A stretch of DNA of 64,000 nucleotides, taken from NCBI GenBank assembly GCA_964016885.1, contig OZ024740.1, forward strand, positions 295,926,001-295,990,000, written 5' to 3'. Within the stretch, counting starts at the first letter, position 1. The number at the start of each line of letters is the position of its first letter. The stretch is from Eledone cirrhosa (Eukaryota). The notes beneath the pieces were generated by a model, which worked only from the letters and a program-made list of their open reading frames with translations, was not told the origin of the DNA and made no database searches. A program made the position numbers and the translations under genes. Positions 15,001-30,690 of the stretch are shown here, one piece after another.

Positions 15001-18000
15001 AATATATTATATAGACAGTGAGTGTACCTAAGAATATATTATATAGACAGTGAGTCTACCTAAGAATATGTTATATAGACAGTGATTGTACCTAAGAATA
15101 TATTATATAGACAGTGAGTGTACCTAATAATATATTATATAGACAGTGATTGTACCGAAGAATATATTATATAGGCACTGACTGGACCTGAGAATATATT
15201 ATATAGACAATAAGTGTACCTAAGAATATATTATATAGAGAGTGTGTGTACTGAGAATATATTATATAGACAGTGAGTGTACTGAGAATATATTATATAG
15301 ACAGTGAGTGTACCTAATAATATATTATATAGAGAGTGAGTGTACCCGAGAATATATTATATAGACAGTGAGTGTACCTCAGAATATATTATATAGACAG
15401 TGAGTGTCCCTAAGAATATATTATAGAGACAGTGAGTGTACTGAGAATATATTATATAGACAGTGACTGTACCTAAGAATATATTATATAGATAGTGAGT
15501 GTACCTGAGAATATATTATATAGACAGTGAGTGTTCCTAAGAAAATATTATATAGACAACAAGTGTACTGAATATATATTATATAGACAATGAGTGTACG
15601 TAAGAATATATTATATAGACAGTGAGTGTACCTAAGAATATATTATATAGACAGTGAGTGTACCTAAGAATATATTATATAGACAGTGAGTGTACTGAAT
15701 ATATATTATATAGACAATGAGTGTACCTAAGAATATATTATATAGACTGTGTGTGTACCTAACAACATATTATATAGACAGTGAGTGTACCAAAGAATAT
15801 ATTATATAGACAGTAAGTGTACCTAACAATATATTATATTGACAGTGAGTGTACCTAAGAATATATTATATAGAGAGTGATTGTACTTAACAATATATTA
15901 TATAGACAGTGAGTGTTCCTAAGAATATATTATATAGACAGCCAGTGTACTGAATATATATTATATAGACAATGAGTGTACCTATGAATATATTATATAG
16001 ACAGTGAGTGTACCTAACAATATATTATATAGACAGTGAGTGTACCTAAGAATATATTATATAGATAGTGAGTGTACCTGAGAATATATTATATAGACAG
16101 TGATTGTACCTAAGAATATATTATATAGACAGTGAGTGTACCTGAGAATATATTATATAGATAGTGAGTGTACCTAACAATATATTATATAGACAGTGAG
16201 TGTACCTAACATTATATAGACAGTGAGTGTACCTAAGAATATATTATATAGAGAGTGAGTGTACCTAAGAATATATTGTATAGACAGTGAGTGTACCTAA
16301 GAATATATTATATAGAGAGTGAGTGTACCTAAGAATATATTATATAGATAGTGAGTGTACCTGAGAATATATTATATAGACAGCGAGTGAAACTAAGAAT
16401 ATATTATATAGATAGTGAGTGTACCTGAGAATATATATAGACAGAGAGTGTACTGAGAATATATTATATAGACAGTGAGTGTACCTGAAAAATATTATAT
16501 AGATAGTGAGTTTATCTAAGAATATATTATATAGACAGTGAGTGTACTAAGAATATATTATATAGACAGTGAGTGTACCCAAGAATATATTATATAGAGA
16601 GTGAGTGTACCTGAGAATATATAATATAGACAGTGTGTGTACCTAAGAATATATTATATATACAGTAAGTGTACCTGACAATATATTATATAGACAGTGT
16701 GTGTACCTAAGAATATATTATATAGAGAGTGATTGTACCGAAGAATATATTATATAGACAGTGAGTGTACCTAATAATATATTATAGAGACAGTGATTGT
16801 ACCTAAGAATATATTATATAGACAGTGAGTGTACCTAATAATATATTATATAGACACTGACTGGACCTGAGAATATATTATATAGACAATAAGTGTACCT
16901 AATAATATATTATATAGAGACTGAGTGTACTGAGAATATATTATATAGACATTGAGTGTACTGAGAATATATTATATAGACAGTGAGTGTACCTAAGAAT
17001 ATATTATATAGAGAGTGAGTGTACCTAAGAATATATTATATAGACAGTGAGTGTACCTAAGAATATATTATATAGACAGTGAGTGTACTGAGAATATATT
17101 ATATAGACAGTGAGTTACCTAAGAATATATTATATAGACAGTGAGTGTACCTAAGAATATATTATATAGACAGTGAGTGTACCTGAGAATATATTATATA
17201 GACAGTGAGTTACCTAAGAATATATTATATAGAGAGTGAGTGTACCTAAGAATATATTATATAGACAGTGAGTGTACCTACGAATATATTATATAGACAG
17301 TGAGTGTACCTGAGAATATATTATATAGACAGTGAGTGTACCTAAGAATATATTATATAGATAGTGAGTGTACCTGAGAATATATTATATAGACAGTGAG
17401 TGTTCCTAAGAATATATTATATAGACAGCTAGTGTACTGAATATATATTATATAGACAATGAGTGTACCTAAGAATATATTATATAGACAGTGAGTGTAC
17501 CTAAGAATATATTATATAGACAGTGAGTGTACCTAAGAATATATTATATAGACAGTGAGTGTACCTAAGAATATATTATATAGACAGTGAGTGTACCTAA
17601 GAATATATTATATAGACAGTGAGTGTACCTAAGAATATATTATATAGATAGTGAGTGTACTGAGGATATATTATATAGACAGTGAGTGTACCTGAGAATA
17701 TATTATATAGACAGTGAGTGTACCTAAGAATATATTATATAGACAGTTAGTGTACCTAAGAATATATTATATCGACAGTGAGTGTACTGAATATATATTA
17801 TATAGACAATGAGTGTACCTAAGAATATATTATATAGACAGTGAGTGTACATAACAATATATTATATAGACAGTAAGTGTACCTAAGAATATATTATATA
17901 TACAGTAAGTGTACCTAACAATATATTATATAGACAGTGAGTGTACCTAAGAATATATTATATAGAGAGACAGTGTACTGAATATATATTATATAGACAG

Positions 18001-21000
18001 TGAGTGTACCTAAGAATATATTATATAGAGATTGATCGTACCTAAGAATATATTATATAGATAGTGAGTGTACCTAAGAATATATTATATAGACAGTGAG
18101 TGTACATAAGAATATATTATATAGACAGTGATTGTACCTAAGAATATATTATATAGACAGTGAATGTATCCAAGAATATATTATATAGACAGTGATTGTA
18201 CCTAAGAATATATTATATAGACAGTGACTGGACCTAATAATATATTATATAGACAGTGAGTGTACCTAAGAATATATTATATAGACAGTGACTGTACCTA
18301 ACAATATATTATATAGATAGTGAGTGTACCTAACAATATATTATATAGACAGTGAGTGTACCTAAGAATATATTATATAGACAGTGAATGTATCTAACAA
18401 TATATTATATAGACAGTGAGTGTAATGAGAATATATTATATAGACAGTGAATGTACCTAACAATATATTATATAGACAGTGAGTGTACTGAGAGTATATT
18501 ATATAGACAGTGAGTGTACTGAGAATATATTATATAGACAGTGAGTGTACCTAAGAATATATTATATAGACAGTGAGTGTACCTAAGAATATATTATATA
18601 GACAGTGAGTGTACCTAAGAATATATTATATAGACAGTGAGTGTACCTAAGAATATATTATATAGACAGTGAGTGTACCTAAGAATATATTATATAGACA
18701 GTGAGTGTACCTAAGAATATATTATATAGACAGTGAATGTACCTAAGAATATATTATATAGATAGTGAGTGTACCTCAGAATATATTATATAGACAGTGA
18801 GTGTATCTAAGAATATATTATATAGACAGTGAGTGTACCTAAGAATATATTATATAGACAGTGACTGTACCTAAGAATATATTATATAGACAGTGACTGT
18901 ACCTAAGAATATATTATATAGACAGTGACTGTACCTAACAATATATTATATAGATTGTGAGCGTACCTAACAATATATTATATAGACAGTGAGTGTACCT
19001 AAGAATATATTATATAGACAGTGAATGTATCTAACAATATATTATATAGACAGTGAGTGTAATGAGAATATATTATATAGACAGTGAGTGCACCTAAGAA
19101 TATATTAGATAGACAGTGAGTGTACCTAAGAATATATTATATAGACAGTGAATGTACCTAAGAATATATTATATAGATAGTGAGTGTACCTCAGAATATA
19201 TAATATAGACAGTGAGTGTACCTAAGAATATATTATATAGACAGCAAGTGTACCTAAGAATATATTATATAGACAGTGAGTGTACCTGAGAATATATTAT
19301 ATAGACAGTGGGTGTACATAAGAATATATTATATAGACAGTGAGTGTACCTAAGAATATATTATATAGACAGTGAGTGTACCAAATAATATATTATATAG
19401 ACAGTGAGTCTACCTAAGAATATATTATATAGATAGTGAGTGTACCTAAGAATATATTATATAGACAGTGAGTGTATCTAAGAATATATTATATAGACAG
19501 TGAGTGTATCTAAGAATATATTATATAGACAGTGAGTGTACCTAAGAATATATTATATAGACAGTGAGTGTACCTAAGAATATATTATATAGACAGTGAG
19601 TGTACCTAAGAATATATTATATAGACAGTGAGTGTACCTAAGAATATATTATATAGACAGTGAGTGTACCTAAGAATATATTATATAGACAGTGAGTGTA
19701 CCTAAGAATATATTATATAGACAGTGAGTGTACCTAAGAATATATTATATAGACAGTGAGTGTACCTAAGAATATATTATATAGACAGTGAATGTACCTA
19801 AGAATATATTATATAGATAGTGAGTGTACCTCAGAATATATTATATAGACAGTGAGTGTATCTAAGAATATATTATATAGACAGTGAGTGTACCTAAGAA
19901 TATATTATATAGACAGTGACTGTACCTAAGAATATATTATATAGACAGTGACTGTACCTAAGAATATATTATATAGACAGTGACTGTACCTAACAATATA
20001 TTATATAGATTGTGAGCGTACCTAACAATATATTATATAGACAGTGAGTGTACCTAAGAATATATTATATAGACAGTGAATGTATCTAACAATATATTAT
20101 ATAGACAGTGAGTGTAATGAGAATATATTATATAGACAGTGAGTGCACCTAAGAATATATTAGATAGACAGTGAGTGTACCTAAGAATATATTATATAGA
20201 CAGTGAATGTACCTAAGAATATATTATATAGATAGTGAGTGTACCTCAGAATATATAATATAGACAGTGAGTGTACCTAAGAATATATTATATAGACAGC
20301 AAGTGTACCTAAGAATATATTATATAGACAGTCAGTGTACCTGAGAATATATTATATAGACAGTGGGTGTACATAAGAATATATTATATAGACAGTGAGT
20401 GTACCTAAGAATATATTATATAGACAGTGAGTGTACCAAATAATATATTATATAGACAGTGAGTCTACCTAAGAATATATTATATAGATAGTGAGTGTAC
20501 CTAAGAATATATTATATAGACAGTGAGTGTATCTAAGAATATATTATATAGACAGTGAGTGTATCTAAGAATATATTATATAGACAGTGAGTGTACCTAA
20601 GAATATATTATATAGATAGTGAGTGTACCTAAGAATATATTATATAGATAGTGAGTGTACCTAAGAATATATTATATAGACAGTGAGTGTATCTAAGAAT
20701 ATATTATATAGACAGTGAGTGTACCTAAGCATATATTATATAGACACGAGTGTACCTGAGAATATATTATATAGACAGTGAGTGTATCTAAGATCTAAGA
20801 ATATATTATATAGACAGTGAGTGTACCTAAGAATATATTATATTGACAGTGAGTGTACCTAAGAATATATTATATAGACAGTGAGTGTACCTAAGAATAT
20901 ATTATATAGACAGTGAGTGTACCTAAGAATATATTATATAGACAGTGAGTGTACCTAAGAATATAATATATAGACAGCGAGTGTACCTAAAATATATTAT

Positions 21001-24000
21001 ATAGACAGTGAGTGTACATAAGAATATATTATATAGACAATGACTGTACCTAACAATATATTATATAGATAGTGAATGTACCTAACAATATATTATATAG
21101 ACAGTGAGTGTACCTAAGAATATATTATATAGACAGTTAATGTATCTAACAATATATTATATAGACAGTGAGTGTACTGAGAATATATTATATAGACAGT
21201 GAGTGTAATGAGAATATATTATATAGACAGTGAATGTATCTAACAATATATTATATAGACAGTGAGTGTACTGAGAGTATATTATATAGACAGTGAGTGT
21301 ACTGAGAATATATTATATAGACAGTGAGTGTACCTAAGAATATATTACATAGACAGTGAGTGTACCTAAGAATATATTATATAGACAGTGAGTGTACCTA
21401 AGAATATATTATATAGACAGTGAGTGTACTGAGAATATATTATATAGACAGTGAGTGTACCTAAGAATATATTATATAGACAGTGAGTGTACCTAAGAAT
21501 ATATTATATAGACAGTGAGTGTACCTGAGAATATACTATATAGACAGTGAGTGTACCTAAGAATATATTATATAGACAGTGAGTGTACCTTAGAATATAT
21601 TATATAGACAGTGAGTGTACCAAATAATATATTATATAGACAGTGAGTCTACCTAAGAATATATTATATAGATAGTGAGTGCACCTAAGAATATATTATA
21701 TAGACAGTGAGTGTATCTAAGAATATATTATATAGACAGTGAGTGTATCTAAGAATATATTATATGGACAGTGAGTGTACCTAAGAATATATTATATAGA
21801 TAGTGAGTGTACCTAAGAATATATTATATAGACAGTGAGTGTACCTAAGCATATATTATATAGACAGGAGTGTACCTGAGAATATATTATATAGACAGTG
21901 AGTGTATCTAAGATCTAAGAATATATTATATAGACAGTGAGTTTACTGAGAATATATTATATAGACAGCCAGTGTACCTAAGGATATATTATATAGACAG
22001 TGAGTGTACCCGAGAATATATATAGACAGTGAGTGTACCTAAGAATATATTATATAGACAGTGAGTGTACCTAAGAATATATTATATAGACAGTGAGTGT
22101 ACCTAAGAATATATTATATAGACAGTGAGTGTACCTAAGAATATATTATATAGACAGTGAGTGTACCTAAGAATATATTATAAAGACAGCGAGTGTAACT
22201 AAATTATATTATATAGACAGTGAGTGTACATAAGAATATATTATATAGACAGTTAGTGTACCTAAGAATATATTATATAGACAGTGAGTGTACCTAACAA
22301 TATATTATACAGACAGTGAGTGTACCTAAGAATATATTATATTGACAGTGAGTGTACCTAAAAATATATTATATAGACAGTGAGTGTACCTAAGATTATA
22401 TTATATAGACAGTGAGTGTACCTAAGAATATATTATATAGACAGTGAATGTACCTAAGAATATATTATATAGATAGTGAGTGTACCTCAGAATATATTAT
22501 ATAGACAGTGAGTGTATCTAAGAATATATTATATAGACAGTGAGTGTACCTAAGAATATATTATATAGACAGTGACTGTACCTAAGAATATATTATATAG
22601 ACAGTGAGTGTACCTAAGAATTTATTATATAGACAGTGAATGTACCTAAGAATATATTATATAGACAGTGACTGTACCTAAGAATATATTATATAGACAG
22701 TGACTGTACCTAACAATATATTATATAGATAGTGAGCGTACCTAACAATATATTATATAGACAGTGAGTGTACCTAAGAATATATTATATAGACAGTGAA
22801 TGTATCTAACAATATATTATATAGACAGTGAGTGTAATGAGAATATATTATATAGACAGTGAATGTACCTAACAATATATTATATAGACAGTGAGTGTAC
22901 TGAGAATATATTATATAGACAGTGAGTGTACCAAAGAATATATTATATAGACAGTGAGTGTACCTAAGAATATATTATATAGACAGTGAGTGTACCTCAG
23001 AATATATAATATAGACAGTGAGTGTACCTAAGAATATATTATATAGACAGCGAGTGTAACTAAGAATATATTATATAGACAGTGAGTGTACCTGAGAATA
23101 TATTATATAGACAGTGGGTGTACCTAAGAATATATTATATAGACAGTGAGTGTACCTAAGAATATATTATAAAGACAGTGAGTGTACCAAATAATATATT
23201 ATATAGACAGTGAGTCTACCTAAGAATATATTATATAGATAGTGAGTGTACCTAAGAATATATTATATAGACAGTGAGTGTATCTAAGAATATATTATAT
23301 AGACAGTGAGTGTATCTAAGAATATATTATATAGACAGTGAGTGTACCTAAGAATATATTATATAGATAGTGAGTGTACCTAAGAATATATTATATAGAT
23401 AGTGAGTGTACCTAAGAATATATTATATAGACAGTGAGTGTATCTAAGAATATATTATATAGACAGTGAGTGTACCTAAGCATATATTATATAGACAGGA
23501 GTGTACCTGAGAATATATTATATAGACAGTGAGTGTATCTAAGATCTAAGAATATATTATATAGACAGTGAGTGTACCTAAGAATATATTATATAGACAG
23601 TGAGTGTACCTAAGAATATATTATATAGACAGTGAGTGTACCTAAGAATATATTATATAGACAGTGAGTGTACCTAAGAATATATTATATAGACAGTGAG
23701 TGTACCTAAGAATATATTATATAGACAGCGAGTGTACCTAAAATATATTATATAGAAAGTGAGTGTACATAAGAATATATTATATAGACAGTGACTGTAC
23801 CTAACAATATATTATATAGATAGTGAATGTACCTAACAATATATTATATAGACAGTGAGTGTACCTAAGAATATATTATATAGACAGTTAATGTATCTAA
23901 CAATATATTATATAGACAGTGAGTGTACTGAGAATATATTATATAGACAGTGAGTGTAATGAGAATATATTATATACACAGTGAATGTATCTAACAATAT

Positions 24001-27000
24001 ATTATATAGACAGTGAGTGTACTGAGAGTATATTATATAGACAGTGAGTGTACTGAGAATATATTATATAGACAGTGAGTGTACCTAAGAATATATTACA
24101 TAGACAGTGAGTGTACCTAAGAATATATTATATAGACAGTGAGTGTACCTAAGAATATATTATATAGACAGTGAGTGTACTGAGAATATATTATATAGAC
24201 AGTGAGTGTACCTAAGAATATATTATATAGACAGTGAGTGTACCTAAGAATATATTATATAGACAGTGAGTGTACCAGAGAATATACTATATAGACAGTG
24301 AGTGTACCTAAGAATATATTATATAGACAGTGAGTGTACCTTAGAATATATTATATAGACAGTGAGTGTACCAAATAATATATTATATAGACAGTGAGTC
24401 TACCTAAGAATATATTATATAGATAGTGAGTGTACCTAAGAATATATTATATAGACAGTGAGTGTATCTAAGAATATATTATATAGACAGTGAGTGTATC
24501 TAAGAATATATTATATGGACAGTGAGTGTACCTAAGAATATATTATATAGATAGTGAGTGTATCTAAGAATATATTATATAGACAGTGAGTGTACCTAAG
24601 CATATATTATATAGACATGAGTGTACCTGAGAATATATTATATAGACAGTGAGTGTATCTAAGATCTAAGAATATATTATATAGACAGTGAGTTTACTGA
24701 GAATATATTATATAGACAGCCAGTGTACCTAAGAATATATTATATAGACAGTGAGTGTACCCGAGAATATATATAGACAGTGAGTGTACCTAAGAATATA
24801 TTATATAGACAGTGAGTGTATCTAAGAATATATTATATAGACAGTGAGTGTACATAAGAATATATTATATAGACAGTGAGTGTACCTAAGAATATATTAT
24901 ATAGACAGTGAGTGTACCTAACAATATATTATATAGACAGTGAGTGTACCTAAGAATATATTATATAGACAGTGAGTGTACCTAAGAATATATTATATAG
25001 ACAGTGAGTGTACCTAAGAATATATTATATAGGTAGTGAGTGTACCTAAGAATATATTATATAGACAGTGAATGTACCTAAGAATATATTATATAGATAG
25101 TGAGTGTACCTCAGAATATATTATATAGACAGTGAGTGTATCTAAGAATATATTATATAGACAGTGAGTGTACCTAAGAATATATTATATAGACAGTGAC
25201 TGTACCTAAGAATATATTATATAGACAGTGAGTGTACCTAAGAATATATTATATAGACAGTGAATGTACCTAAGATTATATTATATAGACAGTGACTGTA
25301 CCTAAGAATATATTATATAGACAGTGAGTGTACCTAAGATTATATTATATAGACAGTGACTGTACCTAAGAATATATTATATAGACAGTGAGTGTACCAA
25401 ATAATATATTATATAGACAGTGAGTCTACCTAAGAATATATTATATAGATAGTGAGTGTACCTAAGAATATATTATATAGACAGTGAGTGTATCTAAGAA
25501 TATATTATATAGACAGTGAGTGTATCTAAGAATATATTATATAGACAGTGAGTGTACCCGAGAATATATATAGACAGTGAGTGTACCTAAGAATATATTA
25601 TATAGACAGTGAGTGTATCTAAGAATATATTATATAGACAGTGAGTGTAAATAAGAATATATTATGTAGACAGTGAGTGTACCTAAGAATATATTATATA
25701 GACAGTGAGTGTACCTAACAATATATTATATAGACAGTGAGTGTACCTAAGAATATATTATATAGGTAGTGAGTGTACCTAAGAATATATTATATAGACA
25801 GTGAATGTACCTAAGAATATATTATATAGATAGTGAGTGTACCTCAGAATATATTATATAGACAGTGAGTGTATCTAAGAATATATTATATAGACAGTGA
25901 GTGTACCTAAGAATATATTATATAGACAGTGACTGTACCTAAGAATATATTATATAGACAGTGAGTGTACCTAAGAATATATTATATAGACAGTGAATGT
26001 ACCTAAGATTATATTATATAGACAGTGACTGTACCTAAGAATATATTATATAGACAGTGAGTGTACCTAAGATTATATTATATAGACAGTGACTGTACCT
26101 AAGAATATATTATATAGACAGTGAGTGTACCTAAGAATATATTACATAGACAGTGAGTGTACCTAAGAATATATTATATAGACAGTGAATGTATCTAACA
26201 ATATATTATATAGACAGTGAGTGTACTGAGAATATATTATATAGACAGTGAGTGTAATGAGAATATTTCATATAGACAGTGAATGTACCTAACAGTATAT
26301 TATATAGACAGTGAGTGTACTGAGAGTATATTATATAGACAGTGAGTGTACTGAGAATATATTATATAGACAGTGAGTGTACCTAAGAATATATTATATA
26401 GACAGTGAGTGTACCTAAGAATATATTATATAGACAGTGAGTGTACCTAAGAATATATTATATAGACAGTGAGTGTACGTGAGAATATATTATATAGACA
26501 GTGATTGTACCTAAGAATATATTATATAGACAGTGAGTGTACCAAAGAATATATTATATAGACAGTGAGTGTACCTAAGAATATATTATATAGACAGTGA
26601 GTGTACCTAAGAATATATTATATAGACAGTGAGTGTACCTAAGAATATTTTATATAGAGAGTGAATGTACCTAAGAATATATTATATAGATAGTGAGTGT
26701 ACCTCAGAATATATTATATAGTCAGTGAGTGTACCTAAGAATATATTATATAGACAGTGACTGTACCTAAGAATATATTATATAGACAGTGAGTGTACCT
26801 AAGAATATATTACATAGACAGTGACTGTACCTAACAATATATTATATAGATAGTGAATGTACCTAAGAATATATTATATAGACAGTGAGTGTACCTAAGA
26901 ATATATTATATAGATAGTGAATGTATCTAACAATATATTATATAGACAGTGAGTGTACTGAGAATATATTATATAGACAGTGAGTGTAATGAGAATATTT

Positions 27001-29947
27001 CATATAGACAGTGAATGTACCTAACAATATATTATATAGACAGTGAGTGTACTGAGAGTATATTATATAGACAGTGAGTGTACTGAGAATATATTATATA
27101 GACAGTGAGTGTACCTAAGAATATATTATATAGACAGTGAGTGTACCTAAGAATATATTATATAGACAGTGAGTGTACCTAAGAATATATTATATAGACA
27201 GTGAGTGTACCTAACAATATATAATATAGACAGTTAGTGTTCATAAGAATATATTATATAGATAGTGAGTGTACCTAAGAATATTTTATATCGACAGTGA
27301 GTGTACCTAATAATATATTATATAGACAGTGAATGTATCTAACAATATATTATATAGACAGTGAGTGTAATGAGAATATATTATATAGACAGTGAGTGTA
27401 CCTAAGAATATATTATATAGACAGTGAGTGTACCTAAGAATATATTATATAGACAGTGAGTGTACCTAAGAATATATTATATAGACAGTCAGTGTACCTA
27501 AGAATATATTATATAGACAGTGAATGTACCTAAGAATATATTATATAGATAGTGAGTGTACCTCAGAATATATAATATAGACAGTGAGTGTACCTAAGAA
27601 TATATTATATAGACAGCGAGTGTACCTAAGAATATATTATATAGACAGTGAGTGTACCTGAGAATATATTATATAGACAGTGGGTGTACCTAAGAATATA
27701 TTATATAGACAGTGAGTGTACCTAAGAATATATTATATAGACAGTGAGTGTACCAAATAATATATTATATAGACAGTGAGTGTATCTAAGAATATATTAT
27801 ATAGACAGTGAGTGTACCTAAGAATATATTATATAGATAGTGAGTGTACCTAAGAATATATTATATAGATAGTGAGTGTACCTAAGAATATATTATATAG
27901 ACAGTGAGTGTATCTAAGAATATATTATATAGACAGTGAGTGTACCTAAGCATATATTATATAGACAGGAGTGTACCTGAGAATATATTATATAGACAGT
28001 GAGTGTATCTAAGATCTAAGAATATATTATATAGACAGTGAGTGTACCTAAGAATATATTATATAGACAGTGAGTGTACCTAAGAATATATTATATAGAC
28101 AGTGAGTGTACCTAAGAATATATTATATAGACAGTGAGTGTACCTAAGAATATATTATATAGACAGTGAGTGTACCTAAGAATATATTATATAGACAGCG
28201 AGTGTACCTAAAATATATTATATAGACAGTGAGTGTACATAAGAATATATTATATAGACAGTGACTGTACCTAACAATATATTATATAGATAGTGAATGT
28301 ACCTAACATTATATTATATAGACAGTGAGTGTACCTGAGAATATATTATATAGACAGTTAATGTATCTAACAATATATTATATAGACAGTGAGTGTACTG
28401 AGAATATATTATATAGACAGTGAGTGTAATGAGAATATATTATATAGACAGTGAATGTATCTGACAATATATTATATAGACAGTGAGTGTACTGAGAGTA
28501 TATTATATAGACAGTGAGTGTACTGAGAATATATTATATAGACAGTGAGTGTACCTAAGAATATATTACATAGACAGTGAGTGTACCTAAGAATATATTA
28601 TATAGACAGTGAGTGTACCTAAGAATATATTATATAGACAGTGAGTGTACTGAGAATATATTATATAGACAGTGAGTGTACCTAAGAATATATTATATAG
28701 ACAGTGAGTGTACCTAAGAATATATTATATAGACAGTGAGTGTACCTGAGAATATACTATATAGACAGTGAGTGTACCTAAGAATATATTATATAGACAG
28801 TGAGTGTACCTTAGAATATATTATATAGACAGTGAGTGTACCTTAGAATATATTATATAGACAGTGAGTGTACCAAATAATATATTATATAGACAGTGAG
28901 TGTACCTAAGAATATATTATATAGATAGTGAATGTATCTAAGAATATATTATATAGACAGTGAGTGTATCTAAGAATATATTATATGGACAGCGAGTGTA
29001 CCTAAGAATATATTATATAGATAGTGAGTGTACCTAAGAATATATTATATAGACAGTGAGTGTACCTAAGCATATATTATATAGACAGGAGTGTACCTGA
29101 GAATATATTATATAGACAGTGAGTGTATCTAAGATCTAAGAATATATTATATAGACAGTGAGTTTACTGAGAATATATTATATAGACAGCCAGTGTACCT
29201 AAGCATATATTATATAGACAGTGAGTGTACCCGAGAATATATATAGACAGTGAGTGTACCTAAGAATATATTATATAGACAGTGAGTGTATCTAAGAATA
29301 TATTATATAGACAGTGAGTGTACATAAGAATATATTATATAGACAGTGAGTGTACCTAAGAATATATTATATAGACAGTGCGTGTACCTAACAATATATT
29401 ATATAGACAGTGAGTGTACCTAAGAATATATTATATAGACAGTGAGTGTACCTAAGAATATATTATATAGACAGTGAGTGTACCTAAGAATATATTATAT
29501 AGGTAGTGAGTGTACCTAAGAATATATTATATAGACAGTGAATGTACCTAAGAATATATTATATAGATAGTGAGTGTACCTCAGAATATATTATATAGAC
29601 AGTGAGTGTATCTAAGAATATATTATATAGACAGTGAGTGTACCTAAGAATATATTATATAGACAGTGACTGTACCTAAGAATATATTATATAGACAGTG
29701 AGTGTACCTAAGAATATATTATATAGACAGTGAATGTACCTAAGATTATATTATATAGACAGTGACTGTACCTAAGAATATATTATATAGACAGTGAGTG
29801 TACCTAAGATTATATTATATAGACAGTGACTGTACCTAAGAATATATTATATAGACAGTGAGTGTACCTAAGAATATATTACATAGACAGTGAGTGTACC
29901 TAAGAATATATTATATAGACAGTGAATGTATCTAACAATATATTATA
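1..29947 (+). repeat. 32-bp AT-rich tandem satellite array, left block (roughly 930-940 monomers; continues beyond window start)
   Basis: TTATATAGACAGTGAGTGTACCTAAGAATATA repeats head to tail with a 32-bp period (same phase at positions 1 and 481 = 15 x 32). Most monomers differ by 0-3 substitutions, with recurrent length variants (31, 33, 29 and 39 bp). No spacers and no inversions seen. Confidence 0.99.
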
Positions 29948-30159
29948 CTAGACATGAAAAATGCGCAAGCTCAAAAGTGCCACAGAATGTTATAATAAAC
30001 CTTCAAAAGTGTGGGACTAGAGTTGTTGCTAAAAAATATTGTAATCATTATATATCGTACATTCTGTGGCATCCTTTATAAAAATAGCTTAAACTAACGA
30101 AGCCTTTATTTTTACGCTATTTCACTTAGTTAATTCTTAGAGTGTAACATATAAAAATA
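29948..30159. repeat. Left arm of a 212-bp inverted repeat (outer CTAG terminus of the insertion)
   Basis: Reverse complement of 30691-30902. One mismatch seen (AAACTAACG vs AAACCAACG). Confidence 0.97.
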
Positions 30160-30197
30160 TGATTTACAACTATAAAATAAATTAATTAATATAATAA

Positions 30198-30285
30198 CAG
30201 AGCTGCGGAGCTGAAATTTAGGAAATAATGGAGTATCGGATCCTGAGTTGGAGCCAGTCAATTTTTGACCGACTCCGCAGCCCTG
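30198..30285. mobile_element. 88-bp hAT-like MITE remnant
   Basis: 13-bp TIRs CAGAGCTGCGGAG (30198-30210) and CTCCGCAGCCCTG (30273-30285) match 12/13. Flanking 8-mers TATAATAA (30190-30197) and TATAATAC (30286-30293) match 7/8. CAG...CTG ends with an 8-bp TSD are typical of hAT elements. Confidence 0.72.
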
Positions 30286-30690
30286 TATAATACATTTCAT
30301 ATTAAAGTTATTAATAAACCTATTTTACACTTCATGCAAATTACCACGAGATATTGATATTAGATATAAGATACAGCGCAATATCTACAGCTGTAAAAGT
30401 ACGAAAGCGAAGTAATAATAAGTGGCTTAAGGTAATTCCAATATGAAAGTTTGTAGTGATAAAAATTTGATAATGCAATACGATTGTTAATATTATAGTT
30501 CTATGAAAATGTAACAATAGATAACTAAATTATTTTACTATTAGTATATTTAAGAAATTATCATTATAGATTTGATCGTTCATATAAGCATCATATTAAG
30601 TTTCAACACAATTATTTTGTTACTATGAGTATATGATAATAATATTACGTAATTATTTATAGCTGTTATTACATTAAACATAGATGTATT

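Noticed and set aside
29949-29954. TAGACA at 29949-29954 and 33465-33470 as a 6-bp TSD
   Set aside because: The left TAGACA is part of the element end, since it is reproduced in the inverted arm ending TGTCTAG at 30902. Treating it as a TSD also leaves an unexplained extra C. At most it is junction microhomology.
30132-30155. Satellite monomer derived from the element's IR arm (shared CTAAGAAT and GAGTGTA words)
   Set aside because: The matches are only 7-8 bp, in inconsistent orientation and in very AT-rich DNA, so they are expected by chance.
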